Shown: positions 47,894 through 57,284 of the stretch, in pieces
Layout: each line of letters starts with the position of its first letter
Position numbering within the stretch: the first letter of the stretch is position 1
Assembly (NCBI GenBank): GCA_001780985.1
Contig: MFJV01000001.1
Coordinates: 158,980 to 222,979 of the forward strand
DNA length: 64,000 nucleotides
Direction: 5' to 3'
Source of the DNA: Candidatus Gottesmanbacteria bacterium RIFCSPLOWO2_01_FULL_43_11b
GTDB taxonomy: Bacteria > Patescibacteriota > Microgenomatia > UBA10105 > UBA927
Translations under genes and position numbers: made by a program
The notes under the pieces: generated by a model
What the model was told of the DNA's origin: nothing
Databases searched by the model: none
What the model saw: only the letters and a program-made list of their open reading frames with translations

Positions 47894-49864
47894 ATGTCAA
47901 CTGAACTTATTATCCGTATGTGTAATCGGGTAATACACGTAGGATTCTTTCTACTCTTTGCTCTTGTTCCTTTACTTTTAACCCCCTGGAATTACGAACT
48001 GTTTGAATACAACAAGATGATGGCTGTTTATTTTGTAACAGCGTTTGTCGTAACTTCGTGGATTATAAAATCCCTTGCTCAAAAAGAATTTCGAATTACA
48101 AGAACACCTCTTGATATCCCCATTGTTCTATTTGTTATTTCACAATTAATAAGTTCCATTTTCTCCATGGATCCGCACGTATCCTGGTTTGGGTACTACT
48201 CACGCTTTAACGGCGGCATGTGGTCAATTGTCTCATACGCACTTCTCTACTATGCGTTCGTATCAAATATTGAAAATATTACCCTTTTTATTAAAGCTTC
48301 CCTTTCAACTGCAATTGTTATTTCTCTCTACGGAGTTGCTGAAAGGTTAGGGATTGACAAACACCTGTGGGTGCAGGATGTGCAAAATCGCGTGTTCTCA
48401 ACCCTTGGACAACCGAATTGGCTTGCTGCCTACCTTGTTGCATTATCTCCAATTGCACTTACCTTGCGTTCTCCGTTTAGTTATATTCTTTCGTTTCTCT
48501 TATTTGCTGTCCTTCTTTTTACCCGTTCCCGCTCAGGCCTTTTGGGGTTTGCGGTTGCCGATGGTATATATTGGGTAATTTTGTATTTGAAAACCAAAAA
48601 AAAATTATCTCTCCGTCTTCCATTTATCATTTATCATTTATCATTTATCATTCTTTTCGCTCTCTTTAGCCCGAATTTCATTCTAAAACAGGTAGCCCCG
48701 ACTACCCCGTCTCCCACATATACTGCTCCACTTCTCGAATCCGGAGGGACGGAATCCGGAACAATTCGCAAATATGTCTGGGAAGGAGCAGTGAATGTTT
48801 GGAAAAGCTCAACAAAAACAATGCTCATCGGAACCGGAACCGAAACATTTGCGTTTGCGTTCTACCAATTCCGCCCCGCAGGGCACAATATGACGAGCGA
48901 ATGGGATTTTTTATACAACAAAGCACACAATGAATATCTCAATTCCCTTGCAACAACAGGACTGCTTGGATTAGGAAGTTATGTCTTTTTCCTTGGATTA
49001 TTTATTTGGTGGTTTATACACCAAAAGAAACAGTCAACGCTCGACTATGCGCTATTTACCGGGTGGCTTTCAATCCTCGTCACGAACTTTTTTGGTTTCT
49101 CCGTCGTCGTCACACAACTATTTCTCTTTCTCTTTCCTGCGATGATTTTTGTTCAACAATTAAACAATGCAACAATAAAACAATTGAGATTGCCATCATG
49201 GACTATCTGGATTCTCATTATTGGAGGTGCTTATGTATTGATCAAGATTGGCAGTTTTTGGTACGCAGATACACTTTTTGCCGCAGGGTATAGGTTTAAT
49301 CGAGCTGGTTCCTATGAGAAATCCCGCATATATCTCACTCAAGCAACCAAGGTAAATCCCAATGAACCGTTTTACCATGATGAGTTAGGAAGTGCGCTTT
49401 CAGGATTAGCTGTTCTTGCTATTGAGTCTCAGGATGCAACAGGAGCCTCAAAACTTGCCCAAGAAAGCATTAAAGAAAATGATAGAGCCCTTACTATTAG
49501 TCCGAATAATGTTAATTTTTGGAAATCGAGGACGAAGATATTTTACTCTTTTGCCACATTTGATCCTCAGTTTAATAGAGCGGCAATTGGAGCTTTAGAA
49601 AAGGCACTCTCGCTATCTCCCAACGACCCTAAAATCATGTATAATCTCGCAATTCTTTTCGGTCGTGAGGGAAATAATGAAAAAGCTATCGAGCTTTTGC
49701 AGCAGTCAGTTGAACTCAAACGCAATTATCGCGATGCGTACTACGCGTTGTTTATCTTTTACAATGAAACCAAACAGCCTGATGCTGCCCGGGCAATCCT
49801 CCAGTCGTACCTAGATAATGTCGACCCATCAGATAGCGACTTCCAAGAAAGAATAAAGCAATGA
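47894..49864 (+). CDS. O-antigen ligase (Wzy_C)-like polytopic membrane protein with C-terminal TPR repeats
   Basis: More than ten transmembrane segments, then TPR-like repeats (…NPNEPFYHDELGSAL…, …SPNDPKIMYNLAILFGREGNNEKAIELLQQSVELK…). Contains (ATTTATC)x4 at 48621-48651. Confidence 0.6.
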   Translation: MSTELIIRMCNRVIHVGFFLLFALVPLLLTPWNYELFEYNKMMAVYFVTAFVVTSWIIKSLAQKEFRITRTPLDIPIVLFVISQLISSIFSMDPHVSWFGYYSRFNGGMWSIVSYALLYYAFVSNIENITLFIKASLSTAIVISLYGVAERLGIDKHLWVQDVQNRVFSTLGQPNWLAAYLVALSPIALTLRSPFSYILSFLLFAVLLFTRSRSGLLGFAVADGIYWVILYLKTKKKLSLRLPFIIYHLSFIILFALFSPNFILKQVAPTTPSPTYTAPLLESGGTESGTIRKYVWEGAVNVWKSSTKTMLIGTGTETFAFAFYQFRPAGHNMTSEWDFLYNKAHNEYLNSLATTGLLGLGSYVFFLGLFIWWFIHQKKQSTLDYALFTGWLSILVTNFFGFSVVVTQLFLFLFPAMIFVQQLNNATIKQLRLPSWTIWILIIGGAYVLIKIGSFWYADTLFAAGYRFNRAGSYEKSRIYLTQATKVNPNEPFYHDELGSALSGLAVLAIESQDATGASKLAQESIKENDRALTISPNNVNFWKSRTKIFYSFATFDPQFNRAAIGALEKALSLSPNDPKIMYNLAILFGREGNNEKAIELLQQSVELKRNYRDAYYALFIFYNETKQPDAARAILQSYLDNVDPSDSDFQERIKQ

Positions 49865-50403
49865 AACCGATCGTTCATGTCCCCAATGCTGTTCTCACCA
49901 CCCCAAGTAAAACTGTAACATCATTTGATAAACGGCTCGCACAACTTATTTCTGATATGAAAAAAATTCTTCTTGGTGCGAGTAATCCTAAGGGAGTCGG
50001 GCTTGCCGCACCACAAATCGGAGAAAATTGGCGCATATTTATTACAAAACCATGGGAAAGGTCCAGAATCCGGGTGTTTATTAATCCGGAAATTATTAAA
50101 AGTTCAATAGAACGTACAGACGGCGTTCCGGGAAGAGATAACAAATTTGAAGGGTGCCTTTCCATTCTAAAAATTTGGGGGAAAGTGAAACGGATTGCAA
50201 CTATTTCGCTCCGTTATTACGACCAAAAAGGCCAGAAGCACGAAGAAGAATTCAAAGGATTTCTCGCAACCATTATCCAGCACGAAACTGATCACACCAA
50301 TGGCATTCTTTTTACCCAACGCGTTCTTGAACAGAAGGGAAAGCTCTATCAAACCGACAAAGATAAAGAAGGAAAAGAAATTCTCGAAGAAATTTCAATT
50401 TAA
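49861..50403 (+). CDS. def: peptide deformylase
   Basis: GVGLAAPQIG, EGCLS, QHETDH. Confidence 0.9.
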   Translation: MKPIVHVPNAVLTTPSKTVTSFDKRLAQLISDMKKILLGASNPKGVGLAAPQIGENWRIFITKPWERSRIRVFINPEIIKSSIERTDGVPGRDNKFEGCLSILKIWGKVKRIATISLRYYDQKGQKHEEEFKGFLATIIQHETDHTNGILFTQRVLEQKGKLYQTDKDKEGKEILEEISI

Positions 50404-51237
50404 ATGACCATTATTTTTTTCGGCTCATTTCAAAAGTACTCGGTTCAGGTTTTAGAAAAACTTACCAATAATTTTTCCGTTACTGCTGTTATTACTACAC
50501 CCCCAAAACCTGCTGGGCGACACATGGAACTTAAACCAACTGAGGTTGCTCTGTATGCGCGGTCCAACAAACTTCCACTTTATGAACTTTATGAACTTTC
50601 TACTATTCCCGACATTCCTCGTCCTGATTTTATCGTTGTTGCTGGTTACGGCAGGCTTATTCCTCCGCTTTGGCTCGAATTTCCCAAAATTATGGCAGTC
50701 AATATGCACCCGTCGCTCTTGCCGCAATACCGCGGCGCATTCCCTGCTGAATGGGCAATACTCAATATGGAAAAAGAAACAGGGGTAACTCTCGTTAAAA
50801 TGTCTGCGGAATTTGATAAAGGGGACATCATTGCTCAAAAAAAATTTGTAATTGAACCGAGCGATACCCGCGAAACGCTCTATAAAAAACTTTATGATAT
50901 GGGAGCAAAGCTTTTGGTCGATACGTTACCTGCCAAAATTACTCCCCGTCCTCAAGCAAGCGGTGATTTTTTCTACGCGCGAAGGCTCACAAGAGACGAC
51001 GGCTTTGTGCCGTGGGAAGAATTTACGAAGGATATCTCTAAACTTGAAAGGAAACTGCGCGCGCTAACCCCATGGCCCGGCGTTTGGACCCGCCTGCCAG
51101 CGCCTGAGCGCAGCGATGGCGGGCAGGCCAAAACCCCACAGGGAAAAAGGCTAAAACTCCTCTCTCTTAATCCTCCAACTGTTCAGCTTGAAGGCAAAAA
51201 GCCTTCCCTCTTGACAGACCTATCACACTTATCCTAG
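50404..51237 (+). CDS. fmt: methionyl-tRNA formyltransferase
   Basis: MTIIFFGSFQ..., NMHPSLLPQYRG (formyltransferase SLLP motif). Confidence 0.85.
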   Translation: MTIIFFGSFQKYSVQVLEKLTNNFSVTAVITTPPKPAGRHMELKPTEVALYARSNKLPLYELYELSTIPDIPRPDFIVVAGYGRLIPPLWLEFPKIMAVNMHPSLLPQYRGAFPAEWAILNMEKETGVTLVKMSAEFDKGDIIAQKKFVIEPSDTRETLYKKLYDMGAKLLVDTLPAKITPRPQASGDFFYARRLTRDDGFVPWEEFTKDISKLERKLRALTPWPGVWTRLPAPERSDGGQAKTPQGKRLKLLSLNPPTVQLEGKKPSLLTDLSHLS

Positions 51238-51246
51238 TCTGAATAT

Positions 51247-51504
51247 ATGGCCCGCCGAAGACCTGCATTATTGCGACAAAAAGACATTGCTTCATGGAAT
51301 TTCATCATATTCCTCACTCTTGCTTTTATTCTTCTGGTTATCGTTTTGACTGCAAGTAACCGTATCGCTCTCGATGTTCGTAGTCGTGCAGCCGGAGCCT
51401 GTCCGTCTGTGACACTGCCGCGAGCAGAAGATTGTCCTGACGGATGGACGTTTAAGCGTGATACAACGGGTTGTGTGGCTTTTTTCTGCGAAGCTAAGCC
51501 TTAA
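51247..51504 (+). CDS. hypothetical small membrane-anchored Cys-containing protein
   Basis: 85 aa. Transmembrane segment, then CPSVTLPRAEDCPDG...CVAFFC. Confidence 0.35.
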   Translation: MARRRPALLRQKDIASWNFIIFLTLAFILLVIVLTASNRIALDVRSRAAGACPSVTLPRAEDCPDGWTFKRDTTGCVAFFCEAKP

Positions 51505-51777
51505 TTGTCATGGATCCTGAATCAAGTTCAGGATGACAAACTGCGGTCAAATCTCACCCTCTTAATACACCGTGTGCATAGATGCATTCTTTGAAGAGTT
51601 CCGTCAATAGGTAACGACACCCAGTGGAGGTTCGGAGCAAAGCGTCGGGAAGTAACCTGTGCCCGCTTTTTCCACTGACCTCCCGCAACTCCCGCATGGT
51701 GCGTGTGTTGCCGACCAGCAGATGAGTGTTTTTCGCAGATATCGCAAATCACCGCCATAGATTGTATACTATACCAC

Positions 51778-52446
51778 ATGATCGACACGCTCTTCAATAA
51801 TCCGTTAGGTTTTCTCTTCTGGCTTGTCGCCTTAGCAGTTGCGATTACAATTCACGAGTTTTCCCATGCGTACTGGGCTGACAGGCTTGGAGATCCCACC
51901 CCACGGCTCCAGGGAAGATTGACGCTTAATCCTCTCGCTCATCTGGATCCTCTTGGCACCCTGATGCTTCTTATTGTCCGTTTTGGTTGGGGAAAGCCGG
52001 TTGTTTTTGACCCGTTTAATCTTCGTCATCCCCGACGCGATGCCGCAATTATTTCCCTTGCCGGACCTGTATCAAACCTTATTCTGGCATTTGTATGCGC
52101 GGTTCTTTTGCGCATCTTATTTTCGTATCGGCTTACCGCACTATCGTCCGCAAGTACACTCGTCTATATGGCTATTGGCCTGTTACAACCCGTGATTATT
52201 TTAAACGTTGTTCTTGCCGTATTTAACCTTATTCCCATCCATCCTCTTGATGGATTTAAAATCGTCGGAGGCATTCTTCCGGCAGACAAAGCGAGAGAAT
52301 GGTATCAGCTTGAGTCCTACGGCATGATTTTTCTTATTTTCCTTATCTTCCCCTTCTTCGGCGGTGTCTCCCCAATCAGCCAACTCATCTCTCCTGTTAT
52401 CAACTTCCTCCTCAGTTTTCTCTTACCATCTCCCGCGATTATTTAA
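51778..52446 (+). CDS. site-2 protease family (M50) zinc metalloprotease
   Basis: HEFSHAYWA HExxH motif in a transmembrane helix. Start set at the internal Met, MIDTLF. Confidence 0.65.
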   Translation: MIDTLFNNPLGFLFWLVALAVAITIHEFSHAYWADRLGDPTPRLQGRLTLNPLAHLDPLGTLMLLIVRFGWGKPVVFDPFNLRHPRRDAAIISLAGPVSNLILAFVCAVLLRILFSYRLTALSSASTLVYMAIGLLQPVIILNVVLAVFNLIPIHPLDGFKIVGGILPADKAREWYQLESYGMIFLIFLIFPFFGGVSPISQLISPVINFLLSFLLPSPAII

Positions 52447-52725
52447 CCCCGCGAGCACTTGACAGACACTATTCTCTTGTTCTACCATCATAAATGCCCG
52501 TGTGGATTGGAGAATATTTTCCTCCACAAGTTCAAACCAAATGAGGTATCCCGCACCATACGGTGCAGGAAACAGGGTCAGGTGTCTCTCTACTGTTGTA
52601 TTGAGGCCAGCCCTTCCGATTTAAACAGTCGGGGAAAATACTTCACCACCGGGCGGAATTATTTTTCTTCTTGACACCTCCAACGGTTTCGCATTCTCTC
52701 ACACTTTTGATACAATAGTTTTCGT

Positions 52726-52797
52726 GCCGGAGTAACTCAGTGGTAGAGTAACTGTTTTGTAAACAGTAAGTCGCGGGTTCGAATCCCGCCTCCGGCT
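52726..52797 (+). tRNA. tRNA-Thr (anticodon UGU)
   Basis: GCCGGAGTAACTCAGTGGTAGAGTAACTGTTTTGTAAACAGTAAGTCGCGGGTTCGAATCCCGCCTCCGGCT. Confidence 0.9.
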
Positions 52798-53120
52798 CAC
52801 TTGGAATATTTTGACAGCACCTGTCGGTCAAAAGGTGTGTCTGAAAGAAAACGGTTAAACTCGAAAAACGCTTTGTCGTTTAAACGGTAGGTGACATTCC
52901 TCCCCTCTCTTGTTTTGAGAACCCATCCGGATAGATACATTTGTTTGAGGTGATGTGCGATTAAATTTTCGGGGAGATTGAGGTGATCAACAATATCTCT
53001 CACCCACATGGGATCATTAGCCAGAAGGTAGATAATTGCTAACCGGTGGGGATGCGCAATCCCGCGGTATTTTTTTGCAAACAATTTTGCTTTTTCTTTG
53101 AGTCTACCTCCCGTCACCAT
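52797..53120 (-). CDS. ArsR/SmtB-family transcriptional regulator
   Basis: …HPHRLAIIYLLANDPMWVRDIVDHLNLPENLIAHHLKQMYLSGWVL… winged helix-turn-helix. The ORF-track N-terminal extension is antisense to tRNA-Tyr. Confidence 0.6.
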   Translation of the reverse strand: MVTGGRLKEKAKLFAKKYRGIAHPHRLAIIYLLANDPMWVRDIVDHLNLPENLIAHHLKQMYLSGWVLKTREGRNVTYRLNDKAFFEFNRFLSDTPFDRQVLSKYSK

Positions 53121-53163
53121 GGTAAAGTCACTATAGCAAAAATGAGGTATAATACAACAACAA

Positions 53164-53248
53164 GCCAGGATGGCGGAGTGGCCAATCGCAACAGACTGTA
53201 AATCTGTCGCCCGTTCGGGCTGCCTAGGTTCGAATCCTAGTCCTGGCA
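53164..53248 (+). tRNA. tRNA-Tyr (anticodon GUA), long variable arm
   Basis: GCCAGGATGGCGGAGTGGCCAATCGCAACAGACTGTAAATCTGTCGCCCGTTCGGGCTGCCTAGGTTCGAATCCTAGTCCTGGCA. Confidence 0.9.
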
Positions 53249-53491
53249 CAGGCTATGAAAATGACAAAAGAAACAAACGCCATACTTTTATTAACAACGT
53301 TATCTGCATTCGCAAATCGTGACATCACCGGAATTCCAACCCCTCAATCAATAGAGCCTCTTCCATTTCATCCAAAAGGACCGATTATCAAACTTCCGGA
53401 AAAACCTAAACTATACGTTCGGACAAAAAATAAAGGACCACACAAACGCGGTACTTGACAGGATTGTACGTATCTTCTACTATTTCTCTCA

Positions 53492-53875
53492 ATGGACGGA
53501 GAACCGACGTCTGCCCCAATTTCTTCTGCCCCATCAATATCTCCAAAAGGCAAAAAGGCCGGATGGAAGCTGATTCTCTTAGGTGTCCTTCTTTTGGCTG
53601 CACTTAGTCTTGGAGGAACAGCCGTCTACCAGGCAATTCGTGGCGCACAACCTACCCCGACCCCAACACCGGCTCCCACGCCAACTCCTGAGCCGACTCC
53701 AACACCGCAGCCCTCACCGACAAAGAAACCAACGCCGACGCCAACCAAAAAACCAACGCCGACAGCAACACCAACATCAGCGCCAACCGGAACACCAACT
53801 CCCACACCAACTGAAGGCCCTACGCCAACACCGACACCGACCGGCACGCCTGCGCCCACTCCGACTGGCACATAA
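53492..53875 (+). CDS. membrane-anchored Pro/Thr-rich protein
   Basis: Transmembrane segment, then a ~90-aa ([14 protein letters not shown]...) low-complexity tail. Confidence 0.45.
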   Translation: MDGEPTSAPISSAPSISPKGKKAGWKLILLGVLLLAALSLGGTAVYQAIRGAQPTPTPTPAPTPTPEPTPTPQPSPTKKPTPTPTKKPTPTATPTSAPTGTPTPTPTEGPTPTPTPTGTPAPTPTGT

Positions 53876-53924
53876 ATTTTTCTCCCCTCTTGATTTTTTC
53901 ACACTATGATGTTTAACTTATTCT

Positions 53925-54440
53925 ATGGAAGAAAAGACAAAAGCAGGTGAAGGAGAAAATTCAGCACTGTATTACGGCATTGGAGCTGCAGTTTTGGTTA
54001 TCTTGGTTGCCGGAATTTATATTTTCCGTCCGAAAACATCTCCCACCACATCTCCTGTTTCTCCTGGTGCACAAGTAACTGATATCCCCCTTGTACGGCC
54101 AACCGGCCCAATCACTGGCTTAGCCTGTGAACTCCAATATTACAACCCGGTTGTGGGAAAGAAAGAATTCTACGTGAGTGTTGAGGGAGCGGCGCTACCT
54201 GATGCTAAATCAGTCGACTGCAACTTTACTTTTAGCGTTGCAGGAAGCGTTGTGAAGACAGACAGTATTACTGATGCAAAACTTGTTGAAGAAAAATCCC
54301 GAAACGGAAAACTATTCACCTGCACGACAGTGCCGCTTGAACTGGAACCTAGTGTACCTACAACAGTTGACTTTGCCCTCTCTGATGATCTGAAAAATAC
54401 AGCCACCTGTTCCTCCACCTTCCTCTTCCCCGCCCCCTAA
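53925..54440 (+). CDS. hypothetical membrane-anchored 4-Cys protein
   Basis: 171 aa. N-terminal transmembrane segment, then a beta-rich domain. Confidence 0.45.
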   Translation: MEEKTKAGEGENSALYYGIGAAVLVILVAGIYIFRPKTSPTTSPVSPGAQVTDIPLVRPTGPITGLACELQYYNPVVGKKEFYVSVEGAALPDAKSVDCNFTFSVAGSVVKTDSITDAKLVEEKSRNGKLFTCTTVPLELEPSVPTTVDFALSDDLKNTATCSSTFLFPAP

Positions 54441-54518
54441 AGCAGTCCGTATCCTATATTACACTCCTTTTCTACGGAACTCATATAATGGATATGCGTC
54501 TATGATTGGGCAATAAAA

Positions 54519-55733
54519 ATGAAAAAGTATGGGCTTGTAGTTCTCATATTTTTACCGTTAGTCTTCCTTTTTCCTACCAGGGCGTTTGCCGAAGATTCCT
54601 CTTACTCCTGCTCCGTCACTCATCAGACAGTTTCCACAATTCCAAGGAGCTTCTTTGGCATGTTCACTCCCATCAACCGCATACCCGTGTCCGGGGATCA
54701 ACAACTGAAACTTTTTCAACGAATCAAGGATTCGGGTATTTATTCCGTCCGGGTGCAAATACAATGGCACAGAATTGAAAGGGTTGAGAATGAATATCAA
54801 TGGGAAAATTACGATTCCATCCTCCAAACTATCGAGAGTGTTGGCCTTAGAGCCTTGCCGGTACTTATTGGTGTACCTTCATGGGCCCGCCCATCAACGG
54901 GTCCAATGGCCAGAAAAATCGTCATAGATCCCGAACGCTATGAAGATTGGCAAGATTTCGTTGCTGAAGCAACCAGACGATACGGTGTAAACGGCGGCAC
55001 GGTTGCAAACGTTGCGTCTGACTGGGAAATCTGGAATGAGCCGAATGGGGAAAATTTCTTTCAAGGAACCCCGCAGGACATGGTCACAACCCTCAACCTG
55101 GCCTATCAGACAATCAAAAGCATCGATCCGCAATCAAAAGTCTGGTCGCAGGCTGCTTCCACCACAGGCTTAACCGGCACGAGAGATTTTTTTGAAGCGA
55201 TAGTCAAAGACGGATATTTCGATGTTCTTACCATCCATCTTTATGCAACCACCGAAAAAGCAATCGAACTTGCAACTTCAGCCCAACAATACCTTCGAGA
55301 AAACGGCAACAGCGTCAACAAAGAGGCAAAACTGTCAATTACCGAAACCAATCCCCTGCCTGTCGGGCACCAATGCGAATCCGTCAACAGTCTTAGTGAA
55401 CAGGAAATGGCCGATATAATAACTAATCACTATGCTTGTCTTTCCCAGGCGGGTGCCGATTCTGTCTACTATTTCATGGCGCTGGATTTACCTGATCCGT
55501 CATGTTCAGGAGGTACGGTTAAAGTAGGTATCCTAAACCCGGATCTGACCCCGCGCGCTTTATACAGTGCAATCAAAGAAATGATAACAATCGTCAGTCC
55601 GCAAACCCCTTTAGGCGACCTCAATTCTGACGGGAAAGTAGACATTTTCGACTACAACATCCTCGTTGAGAATTTCGGCAATCCGTACACAATTTTCGAC
55701 TATAATACACTTGTAGAGCGTTTTGGTACGTAA
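54519..55733 (+). CDS. secreted GH5-like glycoside hydrolase with a C-terminal dockerin module
   Basis: Signal peptide. WEIWNEPN (acid/base). SITETNP (nucleophile). C-terminus GDLNSDGKVDIFDYNILVENFG...TIFDYNTLVERFG (dockerin Ca-binding repeats). Confidence 0.6.
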   Translation: MKKYGLVVLIFLPLVFLFPTRAFAEDSSYSCSVTHQTVSTIPRSFFGMFTPINRIPVSGDQQLKLFQRIKDSGIYSVRVQIQWHRIERVENEYQWENYDSILQTIESVGLRALPVLIGVPSWARPSTGPMARKIVIDPERYEDWQDFVAEATRRYGVNGGTVANVASDWEIWNEPNGENFFQGTPQDMVTTLNLAYQTIKSIDPQSKVWSQAASTTGLTGTRDFFEAIVKDGYFDVLTIHLYATTEKAIELATSAQQYLRENGNSVNKEAKLSITETNPLPVGHQCESVNSLSEQEMADIITNHYACLSQAGADSVYYFMALDLPDPSCSGGTVKVGILNPDLTPRALYSAIKEMITIVSPQTPLGDLNSDGKVDIFDYNILVENFGNPYTIFDYNTLVERFGT

Positions 55734-56316
55734 AGGAAAATTTATGATGCCACCTTCACCAAGTTCTGAAGACCTCACGGAGATTACTGAGGTACAAAAG
55801 CCAAAACGGAGATGGTGGGTTGTCGTGGCGATTCCTCTGGGAATATTCGTTCTGCTGGGAATTGGTTTTTACCCGTTGATACAAACTACTGCTCCAACTC
55901 CAACACCCAAACCCACACCGATACTGCAAGAGTCCAATGCGTCAACTGTCCTTTCGGTAGATAGCGACAACGCAACAAGCACTCCTCTACTAGTTTCCGT
56001 CCCAATTACTATTAATACAGGAAAAAATACAGTGTCTGCTGTCGAACTTCATCTCTCTTTCGACCCCCAAAAGTCAAAGAATGCGAGCGTCTCCGCAGGG
56101 GCATTTTTTACCGACCCGACAATTTTAAAAAATGAAGTTGACCAAACAAACGGAAAAATCACCTTCATCCTTGGCTCTCTCACCCCCAAGCAAGGAACCG
56201 GTGTCGTCGCCATTCTCTCTCTCGAGCCCGTCGGAACGATCACTCTAGCTATAGATCCTGAGACGAAAGTTGCGGCTATCGGAGAAAAAGAAAATGTTCT
56301 CAAAAGCTACAAATGA
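55723..56316 (+). CDS. membrane-anchored cohesin-like domain protein
   Basis: Transmembrane segment, PT linker, then GKNTVSAVELHLSFDPQK...GTGVVAILSLEPV, which resembles type-I cohesin (…DFVFRYDPNVLEI…). Confidence 0.45.
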   Translation: MVRKGKFMMPPSPSSEDLTEITEVQKPKRRWWVVVAIPLGIFVLLGIGFYPLIQTTAPTPTPKPTPILQESNASTVLSVDSDNATSTPLLVSVPITINTGKNTVSAVELHLSFDPQKSKNASVSAGAFFTDPTILKNEVDQTNGKITFILGSLTPKQGTGVVAILSLEPVGTITLAIDPETKVAAIGEKENVLKSYK

Positions 56317-57284
56317 AACGATTCGCGCTCTTGCTTCCGTTACTTTTGCTTATCATAGCCATTCCGATCGGAGTCTACTATATTGGGCAAAGACAAGATA
56401 TTCGAGATCGGGCTGCTCCATCAACAACGCTCTCACTGTCTCCTTCATCCATATCAAAACAACAGGGTAATACTCTTTCCCTCGATGTAACTATCGACAC
56501 GGGAGAAAATACAGTCTCTGCGATTGAACTTGTCGTCAACACCGATCCGGCAAAAGTAAAAATAACAGGTATCGCTGCCGATGATTTTTTTAGCCAATCC
56601 CTCATTGAACCGGCGTTCACCGACAGCCGTGCCACCATGACCCGCGGTACACCACCGACATCTCCGCGTCAAGGAACCGGAACGGTGGCTACAGTCACAT
56701 TAGAAGTCGTCGCGGGAAACGGAACCGCCCAGATTACACTGGCAGGATCTCAAGTTGCTGGCATTGGTGAGCAGGGAAATGTTTTGAGTGGTACGGCGCC
56801 TGCAACGGTCACGATCACCTCTTCGACAAATCCGACTCCGACGCCCACTCCAACATCAGCTCCCGGGAGCACACCCACGCCCACACCCACCCCAACTCCA
56901 ACCCCAACAGAATCAGGGGAAACAGGAGCTGTTTCTCTTACAAGTCCGGTAAGCGGAGCAACGGTAACGACTGATACACCCACGCTTAAGGGAACCGCGC
57001 CTGCCGGCAGCACGGTCACGATTACTATTTACAGTGATCCGATCACGGTCACCGTAACCGCAGATAGTAATGGACGTTGGACCTATACTCCAACCCAATC
57101 ACTTTCCGATGGACAGCATCAGGTCGTCATATCAACAGCGGCAGAAGACGGATCGACGCTGACAGAGTCATCATCCTTTTATGTCCAAACGCAGGATATT
57201 CCGGTAACCGGAAATAACTGGCTTTACATAACCCTGATTGTCGCAGGGTTATTTTTCATTGGTTCTGGTATGCTGATACTGTGA
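56313..57284 (+). CDS. cohesin-like + PT-linker + Ig-like domain protein with a C-terminal hydrophobic anchor
   Basis: GENTVSAIELVVNTDPAKVKITGIAADDF...QGTGTVATVTLEV. PTPTPTS linker. Ig-like repeat. Ends ..IPVTGNNWLYITLIVAGLFFIGSGMLIL. Confidence 0.45.
   Translation: MKRFALLLPLLLLIIAIPIGVYYIGQRQDIRDRAAPSTTLSLSPSSISKQQGNTLSLDVTIDTGENTVSAIELVVNTDPAKVKITGIAADDFFSQSLIEPAFTDSRATMTRGTPPTSPRQGTGTVATVTLEVVAGNGTAQITLAGSQVAGIGEQGNVLSGTAPATVTITSSTNPTPTPTPTSAPGSTPTPTPTPTPTPTESGETGAVSLTSPVSGATVTTDTPTLKGTAPAGSTVTITIYSDPITVTVTADSNGRWTYTPTQSLSDGQHQVVISTAAEDGSTLTESSSFYVQTQDIPVTGNNWLYITLIVAGLFFIGSGMLIL

Noticed and set aside
52447-52725. Possible SRP (4.5S) RNA in the spacer before tRNA-Thr
   Set aside because: It contains GGAAACAGGGTCAGG. 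However, the order of the elements is inverted relative to the SRP domain IV consensus (UCAGG…GGAAGCAGCC), and no conserved helix-8 symmetric loop could be built.
52643-52831. 62-aa minus-strand ORF, and the N-terminal 43 aa of ORF 52797-53249
   Set aside because: Antisense translations of tRNA-Thr and tRNA-Tyr (…GFEPATY…, …GLGFEPRQP…). Only the ArsR portion from the internal Met is real.
53583-53909. Alternative-frame ORFs (Q/R/H-rich plus-strand ORF, and minus-strand GVG-repeat ORFs at 53626-53871, 56750-57019, 57676-57933)
   Set aside because: They are frame-shifted or antisense readings of the Pro/Thr linker-coding (CCNACN)n tracts. The PT-linker frame, continuous with membrane anchors and folded domains, is the real one.
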